Positions 48,410 through 59,226 of a stretch of 64,000 nucleotides of DNA are shown piece after piece (positions within the stretch are counted from its first letter, which is position 1; each line of letters begins with the position of its first letter). Under the pieces are notes generated by a model that had not been told where the DNA came from, ran no database searches, and worked only from the letters and a program-made list of their open reading frames with translations. A program made the position numbers and the translations under genes. Source of the DNA: an uncultured Planctomycetia bacterium (GTDB lineage: Bacteria > Omnitrophota > Gorgyraeia > Tantalellales > Tantalellaceae); the NCBI GenBank assembly GCA_964527765.1, contig CAZGQR010000002.1, forward strand, positions 135,701 through 199,700, given 5' to 3'.

Positions 48410-49210
48410 ATGGAAAAGAAGGAAGTCGTCATAGCGGTAAGGGACCTGGTGAAAAAATTCGGGGACAGGGTCATCCTCAACGGCGTCGATCTTGAGATAT
48501 TCAGGGGGGAGACGTTCGTTATCATGGGCGGTTCCGGCTGCGGCAAAAGCACGCTGCTCAGGCATATGATCGGGAATCTGAAGCCCTCTTCCGGCAGGGT
48601 CGCTCTGCTCGGCGAGGATATAACCGACCTTTACGGAGCCGAGCTGGACGATGTCCGCAAGAAGATCGGCATGTCGTTCCAGTCATCCGCGCTTTTCGAC
48701 TCCATGACGGTCGGCGAGAACGTGAGCCTGCCGCTTCGGGAACACACAAAGCTCTCAAAGAGCGTTATAGATATCATAGTTACGATGAAACTGGAGCTCG
48801 TCGGTCTCAGGGGGTTCGAGGATCTCATGCCCAGCGAGCTTTCCGGAGGCATGAAAAAAAGAGTGGGGCTGGCCAGGGCCATAGCGATGGACCCGCAGAT
48901 CATTTTTTATGACGAACCCACCGCCGGCCTGGACCCGATCGTGGCGGCCGTGATAGACAAGCTGATCATCGATCTTTCAAAGAAGCTGTCCGTTACCAGT
49001 GTCGTGGTCACGCATGACATGAAGAGCGTCATGACCGTGGGGGACAGGATAGCCATGCTGTACGAAGGAAAGATCCTTGAGGTCGGCACGCCCGACGAGA
49101 TAAAAAATTCCAGCAACGAAATGGTCCAGCAGTTCATAAAAGGCAAGCACGACGGGCCTATACGGTTTTTTCAGCAAAAAGATGATTATCTGGAGCATTT
49201 GACCCGATAA
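48410..49210 (+). CDS. mlaF: MlaF-family ABC ATPase
   Basis: GGSGCGKS, FQSSALFDS, LSGGMKKRVGLARA, YDEPTAGLDP and VTHD. Confidence 0.92.
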   Translation: MEKKEVVIAVRDLVKKFGDRVILNGVDLEIFRGETFVIMGGSGCGKSTLLRHMIGNLKPSSGRVALLGEDITDLYGAELDDVRKKIGMSFQSSALFDSMTVGENVSLPLREHTKLSKSVIDIIVTMKLELVGLRGFEDLMPSELSGGMKKRVGLARAIAMDPQIIFYDEPTAGLDPIVAAVIDKLIIDLSKKLSVTSVVVTHDMKSVMTVGDRIAMLYEGKILEVGTPDEIKNSSNEMVQQFIKGKHDGPIRFFQQKDDYLEHLTR

Positions 49211-49227
49211 ACAAAAGGAGAATCAAA

Positions 49228-49821
49228 ATGAGACTTTCCAATGAGATAAAAGCGGGCCTGGTCGTTGTAGTGGCGATCATCATCGCTGCCATGTTTTTCC
49301 TTAAGACCGCGACTTTTTACCACCGTAAATACGCCCTGAAGACCTTTTTCACGTACGCGGGGGACCTTAAGACCGACGCCGTGGTGAAACTTGCGGGCAT
49401 CGAAGTGGGAAGGGTAAAGGTCATAGACTTTGTCTATGACCGGGCGACGAAGGTAAAATGCGTGCTCGAACTTGATACGGACGCCAGGGTCCGGGCGGAT
49501 TCCATCGCCTATATCGGGACCGCGGGGTTTGTCGGGGACGCGTACGTGGGCCTCACGCCGGGGACATCTGAGGAATTTCTCAAGGCCGGCAGTGTCGTGG
49601 AAAGCGAAGACCCCGTTCAGATGCGCCTTGTCTGGAAAAAGGCGGAAAATATAGCGGACAATCTTGACGGGATCCTCACCGAGGTAAGGTCCCTGGTCGT
49701 TGACAACAGGCAGAACCTGGATAACATAATCGTCAACCTGGAAGCGACCACCGAGAATTTCAAGGAGTTCAGCGCGGATGTAAAACAACATCCCTGGAAA
49801 CTTTTGTTCAAGGGGGAATAG
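49228..49821 (+). CDS. mlaD: MlaD/MCE-domain protein
   Basis: N-terminal TM, LKTDAVVKLAGIEVGRV, GFVGDAYV.LTPG and a helical tail ending PWKLL. Confidence 0.88.
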   Translation: MRLSNEIKAGLVVVVAIIIAAMFFLKTATFYHRKYALKTFFTYAGDLKTDAVVKLAGIEVGRVKVIDFVYDRATKVKCVLELDTDARVRADSIAYIGTAGFVGDAYVGLTPGTSEEFLKAGSVVESEDPVQMRLVWKKAENIADNLDGILTEVRSLVVDNRQNLDNIIVNLEATTENFKEFSADVKQHPWKLLFKGE

Positions 49822-49831
49822 GGGGTTCGAC

Positions 49832-50605
49832 ATGAAAAAATTCCTGATCTTACTGGTATGCGTTATGTTCACGGCATGCCTGAACCAGACCGCTTTCAGC
49901 GCTGAAGAAACGGTTATCGTTATCTCTTATGCCGGCGACGTAAAGGTCGTGCCCGCGGGCCAGGTCAAGCCCCTGGCGTGCAGACCGGGCATGCTCCTTT
50001 CCGAAGGCACCCGTATCATCACCGGGGAGGAGTCGTATGTGGAAATAGCTTTTGACAAGCCCAGGAGCAATATCTTAAAGGTCAAGGAGAACAGCGAGGT
50101 GGTCCTTAAGTTCAACGATTCCGACAAGGTCGAGCTTATAGACGGAAAAGTATTCGTCCTGCTGCGGGACCTCAAAAGAGGAAGCGCCTTTCGCGTGAGG
50201 ACGCCGTGCGCCGTGTGCGGCGCGCGCGGGACGGGCTGGGGCGTGATAACGGACAGCAAGATCACGGATGTGGCTGTTTTTGAGGCAAAAGTGTTCGTCA
50301 GGGGCCTTAAGAAAGACGGGTCAGCCATGGATGAGGAATACTGGATCGAAAAGGGGTTCGAGAGGAAGGTAAAAAAGTTTGAATCCCCTGGGGAGCTGTT
50401 AAAGGTCTCCGATGAAAGGCTGGCCGAGATGGAAGCGGAATTCGGCCTTGATGCAGGCAAGAAAAAGAGCAGGGAGAATAAATTTAAAGGTTTCGGCAAG
50501 AACAACACCATGCGGGAAGAACAGATGGAAAGTATCCTGGAACGTAAAGATGACGCACGGCTCGATAAGATGCGGGAAAAAAGAAGCAGCGGCGGAAAAA
50601 GATAA
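49832..50605 (+). CDS. Secreted FecR-domain protein (paralog 1)
   Basis: Signal peptide, GTRIITGEES.VEI, ENSEV, LIDGKV and VRTPCAVCGARGT...V.VFE. Confidence 0.8.
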   Translation: MKKFLILLVCVMFTACLNQTAFSAEETVIVISYAGDVKVVPAGQVKPLACRPGMLLSEGTRIITGEESYVEIAFDKPRSNILKVKENSEVVLKFNDSDKVELIDGKVFVLLRDLKRGSAFRVRTPCAVCGARGTGWGVITDSKITDVAVFEAKVFVRGLKKDGSAMDEEYWIEKGFERKVKKFESPGELLKVSDERLAEMEAEFGLDAGKKKSRENKFKGFGKNNTMREEQMESILERKDDARLDKMREKRSSGGKR

Positions 50606-50671
50606 AGAAAAAACCGTAAGAATAATATATATAATATGTTAGGTGAAACACTGGCTTTTGTATCTCTTATC

Positions 50672-50700
50672 TTGTCTTCTCTCCAGGCCTGGGTTATACT
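50672..50700 (+). promoter_or_regulatory. Putative internal sigma70 promoter before FecR paralog 2
   Basis: TTGTCT-17bp-TATACT in an AT-rich 160-bp gap. Confidence 0.5.
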
Positions 50701-50764
50701 TTAAATGTATAGTATTAAAATTCAAGTTGCCGGGCTTTTAACGCAATAAACAGGGGAGGGAAAA

Positions 50765-51748
50765 ATGAAAAAGTTCTTAACTATAATATTATGTCTTACA
50801 TTTGCCGGATATCTGGCCGGCGCCGCGCAGGCTTTGGAAAGAACCGTGAGAGTCGCGTCGTATGCCGGTGACGTAAAGATCGTGCCCGTCGGCGCGGCAA
50901 AAGGCGAAGCATGCCGGGCCGGCATGAAACTCAAAGCAGGCACCCGGGTCATCACCGGGGAAGAGGCTTCCGTCGAAGTGACCTTTGACAAGCCGGGGCG
51001 TAACGTTTTGAAGATAAAAGAGAACAGCGAGGTGGTGATAAAACTGGAAGATGCCGACAGGATCGATCTTGTCGACGGCGAGATCATTACCGTGCTGCGG
51101 GACCTTAAAAGAGGTGAAACGTTCCGCGTGAGGACACCCTGCGCCACGTGCGGCGCGCGGGGAACCGGCTGGAACACGAAAACGGACAAGAACATCACTA
51201 ACGTGGCTGTTTTCGACGGCGAGATCTTTGTCCGGGGCATCAAGAAGGACGGGTCCGCCATGGATGAAGAGTACCGGGTAAAGAGGGGGTTCGAAAGAAA
51301 GATAAGGAAGTTCGAACGCCCCGCGAAGATGGAAAAGATATCCGAAGCCAGGTTTTCCAGGATGGAAAGGGAAGTCGAAAGGCTGGTAAAACCAAAAGGC
51401 GAGCTTGGGGAAAAACCGGCCAGACCCTCGGTAATCACTCCTCGAAAACCGGAGGGGGTAGCGGAAAAGAAAGCCGAAGTAACAGAGAGAAGAGAGAAGG
51501 TAACGGAAAAGAGAGCCGAGATGGCGGAAAGAAAAGAGAAGGTAGCGGAAAAGAAAGCCGAAATAGCGGAGAGGAAAGAAAGGGTAGCGGAAAAGAAAGA
51601 AAAAATTATTGAAAAGCGCGAAAAAATCGAAAAGATGATAGAAAAAGGCGCGGCTATGAGAGAAGAGCGCAGGGAAAGCGTCATCGAGCGCAAGGATGAC
51701 GAAAGGATCGACAAGATCGGCGAAAGCCGTATTAATACCGACGGATAA
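50765..51748 (+). CDS. Secreted FecR-domain protein (paralog 2) with a charged heptad-repeat tail
   Basis: Collinear with paralog 1 (VRTPCATCGARGT, KKDGSAMDEEY, ERKDD.R.DK), plus an inserted repeat. Confidence 0.8.
   Translation: MKKFLTIILCLTFAGYLAGAAQALERTVRVASYAGDVKIVPVGAAKGEACRAGMKLKAGTRVITGEEASVEVTFDKPGRNVLKIKENSEVVIKLEDADRIDLVDGEIITVLRDLKRGETFRVRTPCATCGARGTGWNTKTDKNITNVAVFDGEIFVRGIKKDGSAMDEEYRVKRGFERKIRKFERPAKMEKISEARFSRMEREVERLVKPKGELGEKPARPSVITPRKPEGVAEKKAEVTERREKVTEKRAEMAERKEKVAEKKAEIAERKERVAEKKEKIIEKREKIEKMIEKGAAMREERRESVIERKDDERIDKIGESRINTDG
51461..51607 (+). repeat. Seven tandem 21-bp (7-aa) repeats
   Basis: AEKKAEV TERREKV TEKRAEM AERKEKV AEKKAEI AERKERV AEKKEKI. Confidence 0.85.
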
Positions 51749-51754
51749 TATCAC

Positions 51755-52837
51755 ATGGCCGGAAAGGAGATGCGTTTGCCCTCAAAATATTTTCGAGCGT
51801 CGAAGATCTTCATTTTTCTGTTCATATTCCTGACAGCATCTCTATGGAGCTTTTCACCGTCGTTCGCTATTGACGAAGAAGTGATCGACAGGTACCCGTC
51901 CGCCGAACCTCCCCCTCAGGAAATGGAAAAAAGGGAAGAGAAGGAACACGTCTTTTATAAGCCGAAAGAGCGCCTTGAGGTCACCGCGTTCGCGGATGTG
52001 CAGCAGGGATACGATAACAACGTGGACCTTGACTCGGAACACCACAGGGACGGTTTCCTTCAGGGAACGGCGAACCTGGATGTCGGCTATGAGGCAATGG
52101 ACAACCTGAAGCTGAAGGGCGGCATTGATATCTTTGAGACGATCTATTACAAGTATAACGTCAACAACCTGTCGGATATCTCGCCCTACGCGGGATTCGA
52201 TCTTGAGATCAGCCCGGAGATCATCTCCCGCAATCGTTTTATTTTTGATTATTTTGCGTACCCGAACGAGAAGGAGAGCACGTATGCGGGGATCGCGCTC
52301 ACGTCTTACCTTCGCCACTATATCTCGGAGGATATCTATCATGAGGGAGGGTTTGAGTACCTGAGGCGCTGGTACCCGGACCGGAAGAGATTTCTCTCAA
52401 CTGCCGTAAAAGGCAATAAAGACCGCGTCGACAGCCGCTACAGGGTCAAGTACAATGTCGGCGTTTATACGGAGCGTTTTCTCGTAAAGGTGAGCAACCA
52501 GCTGAGCTATAACGATTCGAATGATCTGTACCAGGACTATTACGATTACTGGATGTACAGGCTGAAACCGTCGGTGATGTTCTTTTTCACGGATAAGTTT
52601 TACACGGACGTCAGCCTTATCTACAAATATACATGGTACAGGAACCGCACCACCACGCAGGACGCCAGCAAGAAAGAGCGCGATAATACCTACATGCTGA
52701 ACACGTCGCTATATTACGATATTTCAAAGAACATCACGTTCGGCGTCACGTATTCTTACAGCGAGAACGTGTCCAACGATCCGTTCCAGAAATATTCCGA
52801 CAGTATCGTGTCAGGCGGGATCTATTACAGTTTCTGA
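51755..52837 (+). CDS. Putative outer-membrane beta-barrel protein
   Basis: Signal peptide, GYDNNV motif, Tyr-rich alternating strands and C-terminal GIYYSF (BAM-type terminal Phe). Confidence 0.78.
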   Translation: MAGKEMRLPSKYFRASKIFIFLFIFLTASLWSFSPSFAIDEEVIDRYPSAEPPPQEMEKREEKEHVFYKPKERLEVTAFADVQQGYDNNVDLDSEHHRDGFLQGTANLDVGYEAMDNLKLKGGIDIFETIYYKYNVNNLSDISPYAGFDLEISPEIISRNRFIFDYFAYPNEKESTYAGIALTSYLRHYISEDIYHEGGFEYLRRWYPDRKRFLSTAVKGNKDRVDSRYRVKYNVGVYTERFLVKVSNQLSYNDSNDLYQDYYDYWMYRLKPSVMFFFTDKFYTDVSLIYKYTWYRNRTTTQDASKKERDNTYMLNTSLYYDISKNITFGVTYSYSENVSNDPFQKYSDSIVSGGIYYSF

Positions 52838-54753
52838 TGAAAAAGTTCGATACGATAAAATTAATCTACTTTGTCCTGGCGATTTTCCTTGCGGCCCTTT
52901 TTCTTTTCTTCTCCTACACAAGGGTATTCGATGAGTTTGAATACAGCACGCTCGATTTCAGATACAAGTCAAGACCACCGCAGGCCGTAAACAAGGACAT
53001 AGTCATCATCGAGGTAGGGGACGATTCCATAGAAAAAATAAGCAAGTGGCCGTTCCCCCGCAATTATCACGCGCTTTTGATCAAGGCCCTTAAGACCTCG
53101 GGGGCGGAGACCATTGTTTTTGATATATTCTTCAGCGAGGAAAAAGAAGGGGATGAGAAGTTCGCGGCGGCGGTCAGGGAGGCCGGCGAAGTGTACCTGC
53201 CGTATGTTTTCGATCTGGACAGGGACAGCACCGACAAAACGCGGGTCCATGCCGCCGGTTATACCGCACCCCTGATCGATGTGCTGGGAAAAGCGGCCAA
53301 GGGCACGGGATTTATAAATGTCGAGCCCGATATCGACGGCAAGATACGCAGGATACCTCCTTTTATCGAATACAAGGGGGTGTTCTATCCCCACCTGACG
53401 GTCCTGGTCGCGTTGAACCATTTCGGCTACAGGTTTGACCAGGTAAAGATAGTCCCCGGCGACAAGATGATCGCCGGGCAAGATGTGAGGATCCCGCTGA
53501 ACGAGGATTCTTCGATGCTGGTCAATTATCCCGCGACATGGGGCAAGGCGTTCCGCCACTATTCCTACGTTGATATACTGCAGTCTTATCTGGCCGATGT
53601 GACGGGCCAGGAACCCACGGTGGACCTGGGCGAGCTCAAGGACACGGTATGTTTTGTCGGGCTGACCGCGACCGCGGCCCCGGACGCTCACCCGTCCCCG
53701 ACGGAACCGCTGTATCCGGGGATCGGCGTACATACCAGTATCTACAACAGCATCATCGAAAAGGCCTTCCTGCGGAGACTGAACAAGTGGTGGAACCTTC
53801 TTATACTTGTCATCATGTGGCTCATCACCGGGTACATTACGCAGAAGAGCCGCAAACGGTTCGCTATATTGTCCATTTTGCTTGTCATGATACTGTACGT
53901 TCTTGTTGCCATGGTATTTTTCTGGCCGTTCGGCATATGGATAGATGTTTTTTATCCGCTCGTGAGCATAGGCGCCATTTACGCTATTTTTACGTTCAAG
54001 AAGTACCTGACCGAGACCCAGAAAAGGGAACTTATAGAAAAAGAACTTAACATAGCGAAAGATATCCAGCAGAGCTTCCTGCCAACGGAGATCCCGGCCA
54101 TAGGGGGCATGGATATAAGCGTCAGGATGGATACGGCGCGTCAGGTCGGAGGCGATCTTTATGATATAGTCCAGCTGGACGGCAAGAAGCTGGGGATCAT
54201 GATAGGGGATGTCTCCGGCAAAGGGGTCCCCGCCGCCCTTTACATGGCCAGGGTGGTAAGCGTGTTCAAGACTTTTGTCAGGGAAGGCACCGCGGCCGGC
54301 GTTCTTAAGAGCGTTAACGACCGGCTCGTGGGCGAAGGCGGGAGCAATCTCTTCGTCACGCTCACGTTCATGGTGTTCGATACGGAATCGGAAAGCATCA
54401 CTTTTGCCATCGGCGGGCATCTGCCGACCATCCTGGTGGAGCCCGACGGGAACGTGGAGCTCCTTGACGTGTCGGAAGGCTTTCCGCTGGGGCTGATAGA
54501 AGGGGATTTTTCCGAGGTCAAGCGGTACTTTAAGGCGGGAAGCACTTTTATTTTTTATACTGACGGCGTGACCGAAGCCATGAACGCCAGGGAAGAGATG
54601 TTCGGTCAGGACCGTCTTGTCGAACTGGCCAAAGGGCTGAGGGGGCTTTCGGCCAGGGAAGCCGTATCCGCCATACATGATGCGGTGTCGGCCTTTGCGG
54701 GAAAAGCGAAACAGCACGACGATATTACCGTGATAGCGGTAAAGTACAGATAA
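52837..54753 (+). CDS. CHASE2 sensor + 3 TM + PP2C/SpoIIE phosphatase
   Basis: DIVIIEVGDDS...WPFPR..HA, VFDIFF, DIDGKIRR and PGIGVH (CHASE2). VGGDLY, GDVSGKGVPAALYM, YTDGVTEA and DDIT (PP2C). Confidence 0.92.
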   Translation: MKKFDTIKLIYFVLAIFLAALFLFFSYTRVFDEFEYSTLDFRYKSRPPQAVNKDIVIIEVGDDSIEKISKWPFPRNYHALLIKALKTSGAETIVFDIFFSEEKEGDEKFAAAVREAGEVYLPYVFDLDRDSTDKTRVHAAGYTAPLIDVLGKAAKGTGFINVEPDIDGKIRRIPPFIEYKGVFYPHLTVLVALNHFGYRFDQVKIVPGDKMIAGQDVRIPLNEDSSMLVNYPATWGKAFRHYSYVDILQSYLADVTGQEPTVDLGELKDTVCFVGLTATAAPDAHPSPTEPLYPGIGVHTSIYNSIIEKAFLRRLNKWWNLLILVIMWLITGYITQKSRKRFAILSILLVMILYVLVAMVFFWPFGIWIDVFYPLVSIGAIYAIFTFKKYLTETQKRELIEKELNIAKDIQQSFLPTEIPAIGGMDISVRMDTARQVGGDLYDIVQLDGKKLGIMIGDVSGKGVPAALYMARVVSVFKTFVREGTAAGVLKSVNDRLVGEGGSNLFVTLTFMVFDTESESITFAIGGHLPTILVEPDGNVELLDVSEGFPLGLIEGDFSEVKRYFKAGSTFIFYTDGVTEAMNAREEMFGQDRLVELAKGLRGLSAREAVSAIHDAVSAFAGKAKQHDDITVIAVKYR

Positions 54754-54773
54754 AGCCGCGGGTACAGATATAG

Positions 54774-56402
<1,629 letters not shown>

Positions 56403-56403
56403 C

Positions 56404-56432
56404 TTGACGGATACGGGTCTCGGCAATACAAT
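56404..56432 (+). promoter_or_regulatory. Sigma70 promoter of tRNA-Leu
   Basis: TTGACG-17bp-TACAAT. Confidence 0.6.
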
Positions 56433-56455
56433 TGTTTTTCTGAAGAATCGAACAT

Positions 56456-56543
56456 GCCGGAGTGGCGGAATTGGCAGACGCGCTGGACTCAAAATCCAGT
56501 GGGGTATCCCCCCATGTGGGTTCGACTCCCACCTCCGGCACCA
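56456..56543 (+). tRNA. tRNA-Leu (CAA)
   Basis: GCCGGAG acceptor pairs with CTCCGGC. Anticodon arm CTGGA-CTCAAAA-TCCAG, long variable arm, GTTCGA T-loop and encoded CCA. Confidence 0.95.
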
Positions 56544-56587
56544 TACTTTCGAAACGGGAGTCGGCACCACCTAACAGGAAGGAAAAA

Positions 56588-58477
56588 ATGAACGAAAAAG
56601 TATTATCTCCACATGGCGGGTGCGGTCTCGTCAACAGGATCATCCCTGAGGTCGAGAGGAAGTACCTTTTTTCAAGGGCCTCCAAGTATAAGCCCTATAC
56701 CGTTACCAGCGAGGATCTTTCGATCTTTTACAGGATAGCCGACGGCACGCTGTCTCCGCTGGAAGGTCCGATGACCGAAAGCGAATTTTATAAGGTGCTG
56801 GATGAGGAATTCATAGAACGGAACGGCAAGAAATATGCCTGGACGATCCCTCTTGCCTTTCCCGTGACAAAGAGAGAGAAAGAGCGGCTTGAAACCGGGG
56901 AAACCGTCGTGCTGAAGAATGAATACGGGCTGATCATCGGCATCCTGGAAATATCGGATATCTATCATTTTGATAAGGCCAGGTACAATCAAGCCGTGTA
57001 CGGCACCGAGAGAAGGGACCACCCCGGCCCCCGCATAGTCAACAATGACCCCCGGGATTATCTCCTGGGCGGCAAGATATGGGCCCTTCCGCCGCTGAAC
57101 TACCCTTCCTACGGCAAGTACATGCTTTCCCCGGAAGAGGCCAGGGAAGTGTTCAGGGAGCGGAAGTGGGACAGGATCGTCGCGTTCCAGACCAGGAACG
57201 CCCTGCACCGCGCTCATGAATATACAATGGTGTACGCGGCGGAAAAACTCACGAAAGAAGGTTTTTTCGCCGGGGTCGTATTGAATCCGCTGGTGGGAGC
57301 GACCAAGAAGGACGATATTCCAGCCGATGTCAGGATGAGAACATACGAAGTCGAGCTTGATAAAAGGATCCTGGGCCACGGCGATAAAGATATCGGGTTC
57401 TGGAAGAAGAAAGGTTACGATTTCAGCGACCAGGTCTTTCTGATAGGGCTTGACATGAAGATGTTCTACGCGGGCCCCAAAGAAGCGGTCATGCACGCCA
57501 TCTACAGGCAGAATTACGGTTTTACCGACATTATCATCGGCAGGAAGCACGCGGACGCCCATTTTGATGACGGGGCGCCCGTCTGGGGGGATTTTGACGC
57601 CCAGCATAAATTTGAAGAATTGAAGGGCGAGCTTCTGATAAAACCGCTCAAGATAGGATTCGCGTCCTACTTCAGGGAGATAGAAAGAGTGGGGCTGGTG
57701 GAAGAATTTAAGACAAAGGGCTATCACCCGGTGACTATTTCCGGCAAGGAGCTGAGGAAAAAACTGGAAAATGAGGAGCCTGTCGACGAGCGGATCATGC
57801 GGGAACCGGTCGTGAAGGTCCTGGAGGACTTTTACCATAAAAAAAGGGAACGGGAGCAAAAGATAAAGAGCACGAACATCACCTGGCACGAAACGGGGAT
57901 ATCGAAACAGTACAGGGAAAAACAGAACGGCCACAGGGGCGCGGTCATCTGGATCACGGGGCTTCCCTGTTCGGGCAAATCCACGGTAGCCGTGGAACTG
58001 CAGGCTTTGTTATTTGAAGCCGGGTGCAAGACCTTCGTTCTCGACGGTGACAACATAAGGCACGGGCTCAATAAGGATCTGGGCTTTTCCCCCGAGGACC
58101 GCGAAGAAAATATAAGGCGCATCGGGGAGGTCGCGAAACTGTTCGCCGAAGCCGGGTTCCTGGTCATAACGGCTTTTGTTTCCCCGTACAGGAGGGACAG
58201 GGATAACGTCAGGGGGCTCGTGGCGGAAGGCGATTTTGTAGAGGCGTTCATAAAGGCCGGCGTTTCCACGTGCGAAAAAAGGGACGCAAAAGGCCTTTAC
58301 GGCAAGGCGCGCAGGGGAGAGATAAAGGATTTCACCGGGATATCGGCCCCGTACGAAGAACCGGAGCGCCCGGAACTCATAATCGACACGGAGATAGAGA
58401 CAAAAGAGGAAAGCGCGGGGCGCATTTTTAAATATCTGAAGGAAAAAGGATATATTTATAAAGAGATCTCATTTTAA
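56588..58477 (+). CDS. sat: Bifunctional sulfate adenylyltransferase / adenylylsulfate kinase (Sat-CysC fusion)
   Basis: [31 protein letters not shown] and GRKHA (Sat). [27 protein letters not shown] and FTGISAPYE (CysC). RBS AGGAAGGA. Confidence 0.92.
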   Translation: MNEKVLSPHGGCGLVNRIIPEVERKYLFSRASKYKPYTVTSEDLSIFYRIADGTLSPLEGPMTESEFYKVLDEEFIERNGKKYAWTIPLAFPVTKREKERLETGETVVLKNEYGLIIGILEISDIYHFDKARYNQAVYGTERRDHPGPRIVNNDPRDYLLGGKIWALPPLNYPSYGKYMLSPEEAREVFRERKWDRIVAFQTRNALHRAHEYTMVYAAEKLTKEGFFAGVVLNPLVGATKKDDIPADVRMRTYEVELDKRILGHGDKDIGFWKKKGYDFSDQVFLIGLDMKMFYAGPKEAVMHAIYRQNYGFTDIIIGRKHADAHFDDGAPVWGDFDAQHKFEELKGELLIKPLKIGFASYFREIERVGLVEEFKTKGYHPVTISGKELRKKLENEEPVDERIMREPVVKVLEDFYHKKREREQKIKSTNITWHETGISKQYREKQNGHRGAVIWITGLPCSGKSTVAVELQALLFEAGCKTFVLDGDNIRHGLNKDLGFSPEDREENIRRIGEVAKLFAEAGFLVITAFVSPYRRDRDNVRGLVAEGDFVEAFIKAGVSTCEKRDAKGLYGKARRGEIKDFTGISAPYEEPERPELIIDTEIETKEESAGRIFKYLKEKGYIYKEISF

Positions 58478-58478
58478 A

Positions 58479-58507
58479 TTGACAGTGCTCCGGTGCGATG
58501 ATATATT
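58479..58507 (+). promoter_or_regulatory. Sigma70 promoter of tRNA-Ala
   Basis: TTGACA-17bp-TATATT with an extended -10 TG. Confidence 0.65.
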
Positions 58508-58532
58508 GTTTTTTCAGTAATTTACCCGGTGT

Positions 58533-58608
58533 GGGGCTGTAGCTCAGCTGGGAGAGCGCGTGCATGGCATGCATGAGGTCAGGGGTTCGATCCCCCTCAG
58601 CTCCACCA
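58533..58608 (+). tRNA. tRNA-Ala (GGC)
   Basis: GGGGCTGTAGCTCAGCTGGGAGAGCG...TGGCA anticodon loop...GGTTCGATCCCC..AGCTCCACCA, 76 nt. Confidence 0.96.
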
Positions 58609-58632
58609 CTTTATTTTTTTTGACTTTTACTA

Positions 58633-58661
58633 TTGACAAACCGCCTCAATGAAAATATACT
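58633..58661 (+). promoter_or_regulatory. Sigma70 promoter of the polyamine operon
   Basis: TTGACA-17bp-TATACT. Confidence 0.7.
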
Positions 58662-58789
58662 TTTGTAAACTGGATTAATATATATCAGCTGAGCAGATAA
58701 GGTTAAGTGGGTCAGGGGAGTTTTTTTTCGCTCTGTTTTTTTTCGAACTTTCCTGGCCGGAAAGCGCTGACAAAAATGGAGGAAGAAAA

Positions 58790-59206
58790 ATGAAAGAGGT
58801 GAGAACGGAAACATTTGGTCCGCATTTGATGCTGGACCTCATGGAGTGCAACACCGAAAAGCTCGGGGATTACAACCTGGTATTTGACGTCCTGAACGAT
58901 CTTCCTGAAAAGATCGGTATGACAAAGATCACCCAGCCGTATGTATTCCCTTATTCGGGTCTTGTCCCGGAGGATAAAGGGGTGACCGGGACCGTGATCA
59001 TCGCCGAAAGCCACATCTCGGTGCATACATTTCAGGAGAAGGACCATTGTTTCGTGGATGTATTTTCCTGCAAGCATTTTGACGTGGACTTTGCCGCTGA
59101 GTACCTCATAAACGCTTTTGAGTCAAAGAGGTACGACAAGTACGTTGTTAACAGGGGCAAAAACTTTGTAAGATACGGACAGCCCGAAGAAGCAGCGGTC
59201 GCTTGA
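58790..59206 (+). CDS. speD: Pyruvoyl-dependent decarboxylase proenzyme, SpeD/SpeH (AdoMetDC) family
   Basis: FGPHLMLD, GVTG.VIIAESHISVHT (self-cleavage ES) and DVFSC. The substrate is uncertain (see findings). Confidence 0.8.
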   Translation: MKEVRTETFGPHLMLDLMECNTEKLGDYNLVFDVLNDLPEKIGMTKITQPYVFPYSGLVPEDKGVTGTVIIAESHISVHTFQEKDHCFVDVFSCKHFDVDFAAEYLINAFESKRYDKYVVNRGKNFVRYGQPEEAAVA

Positions 59207-59226
59207 CCCCGCGTTTGGAAATATCG

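Noticed and set aside
56462-56587. ORF-track N-terminal extension of Sat ([11 protein letters not shown]...)
   Set aside because: This is a translation of the tRNA-Leu gene; the real start is ATG56588 with an RBS.
56456-58608. Genomic island integrated at a tRNA
   Set aside because: No integrase, no duplicated tRNA 3' end (att site) and no obvious compositional shift.
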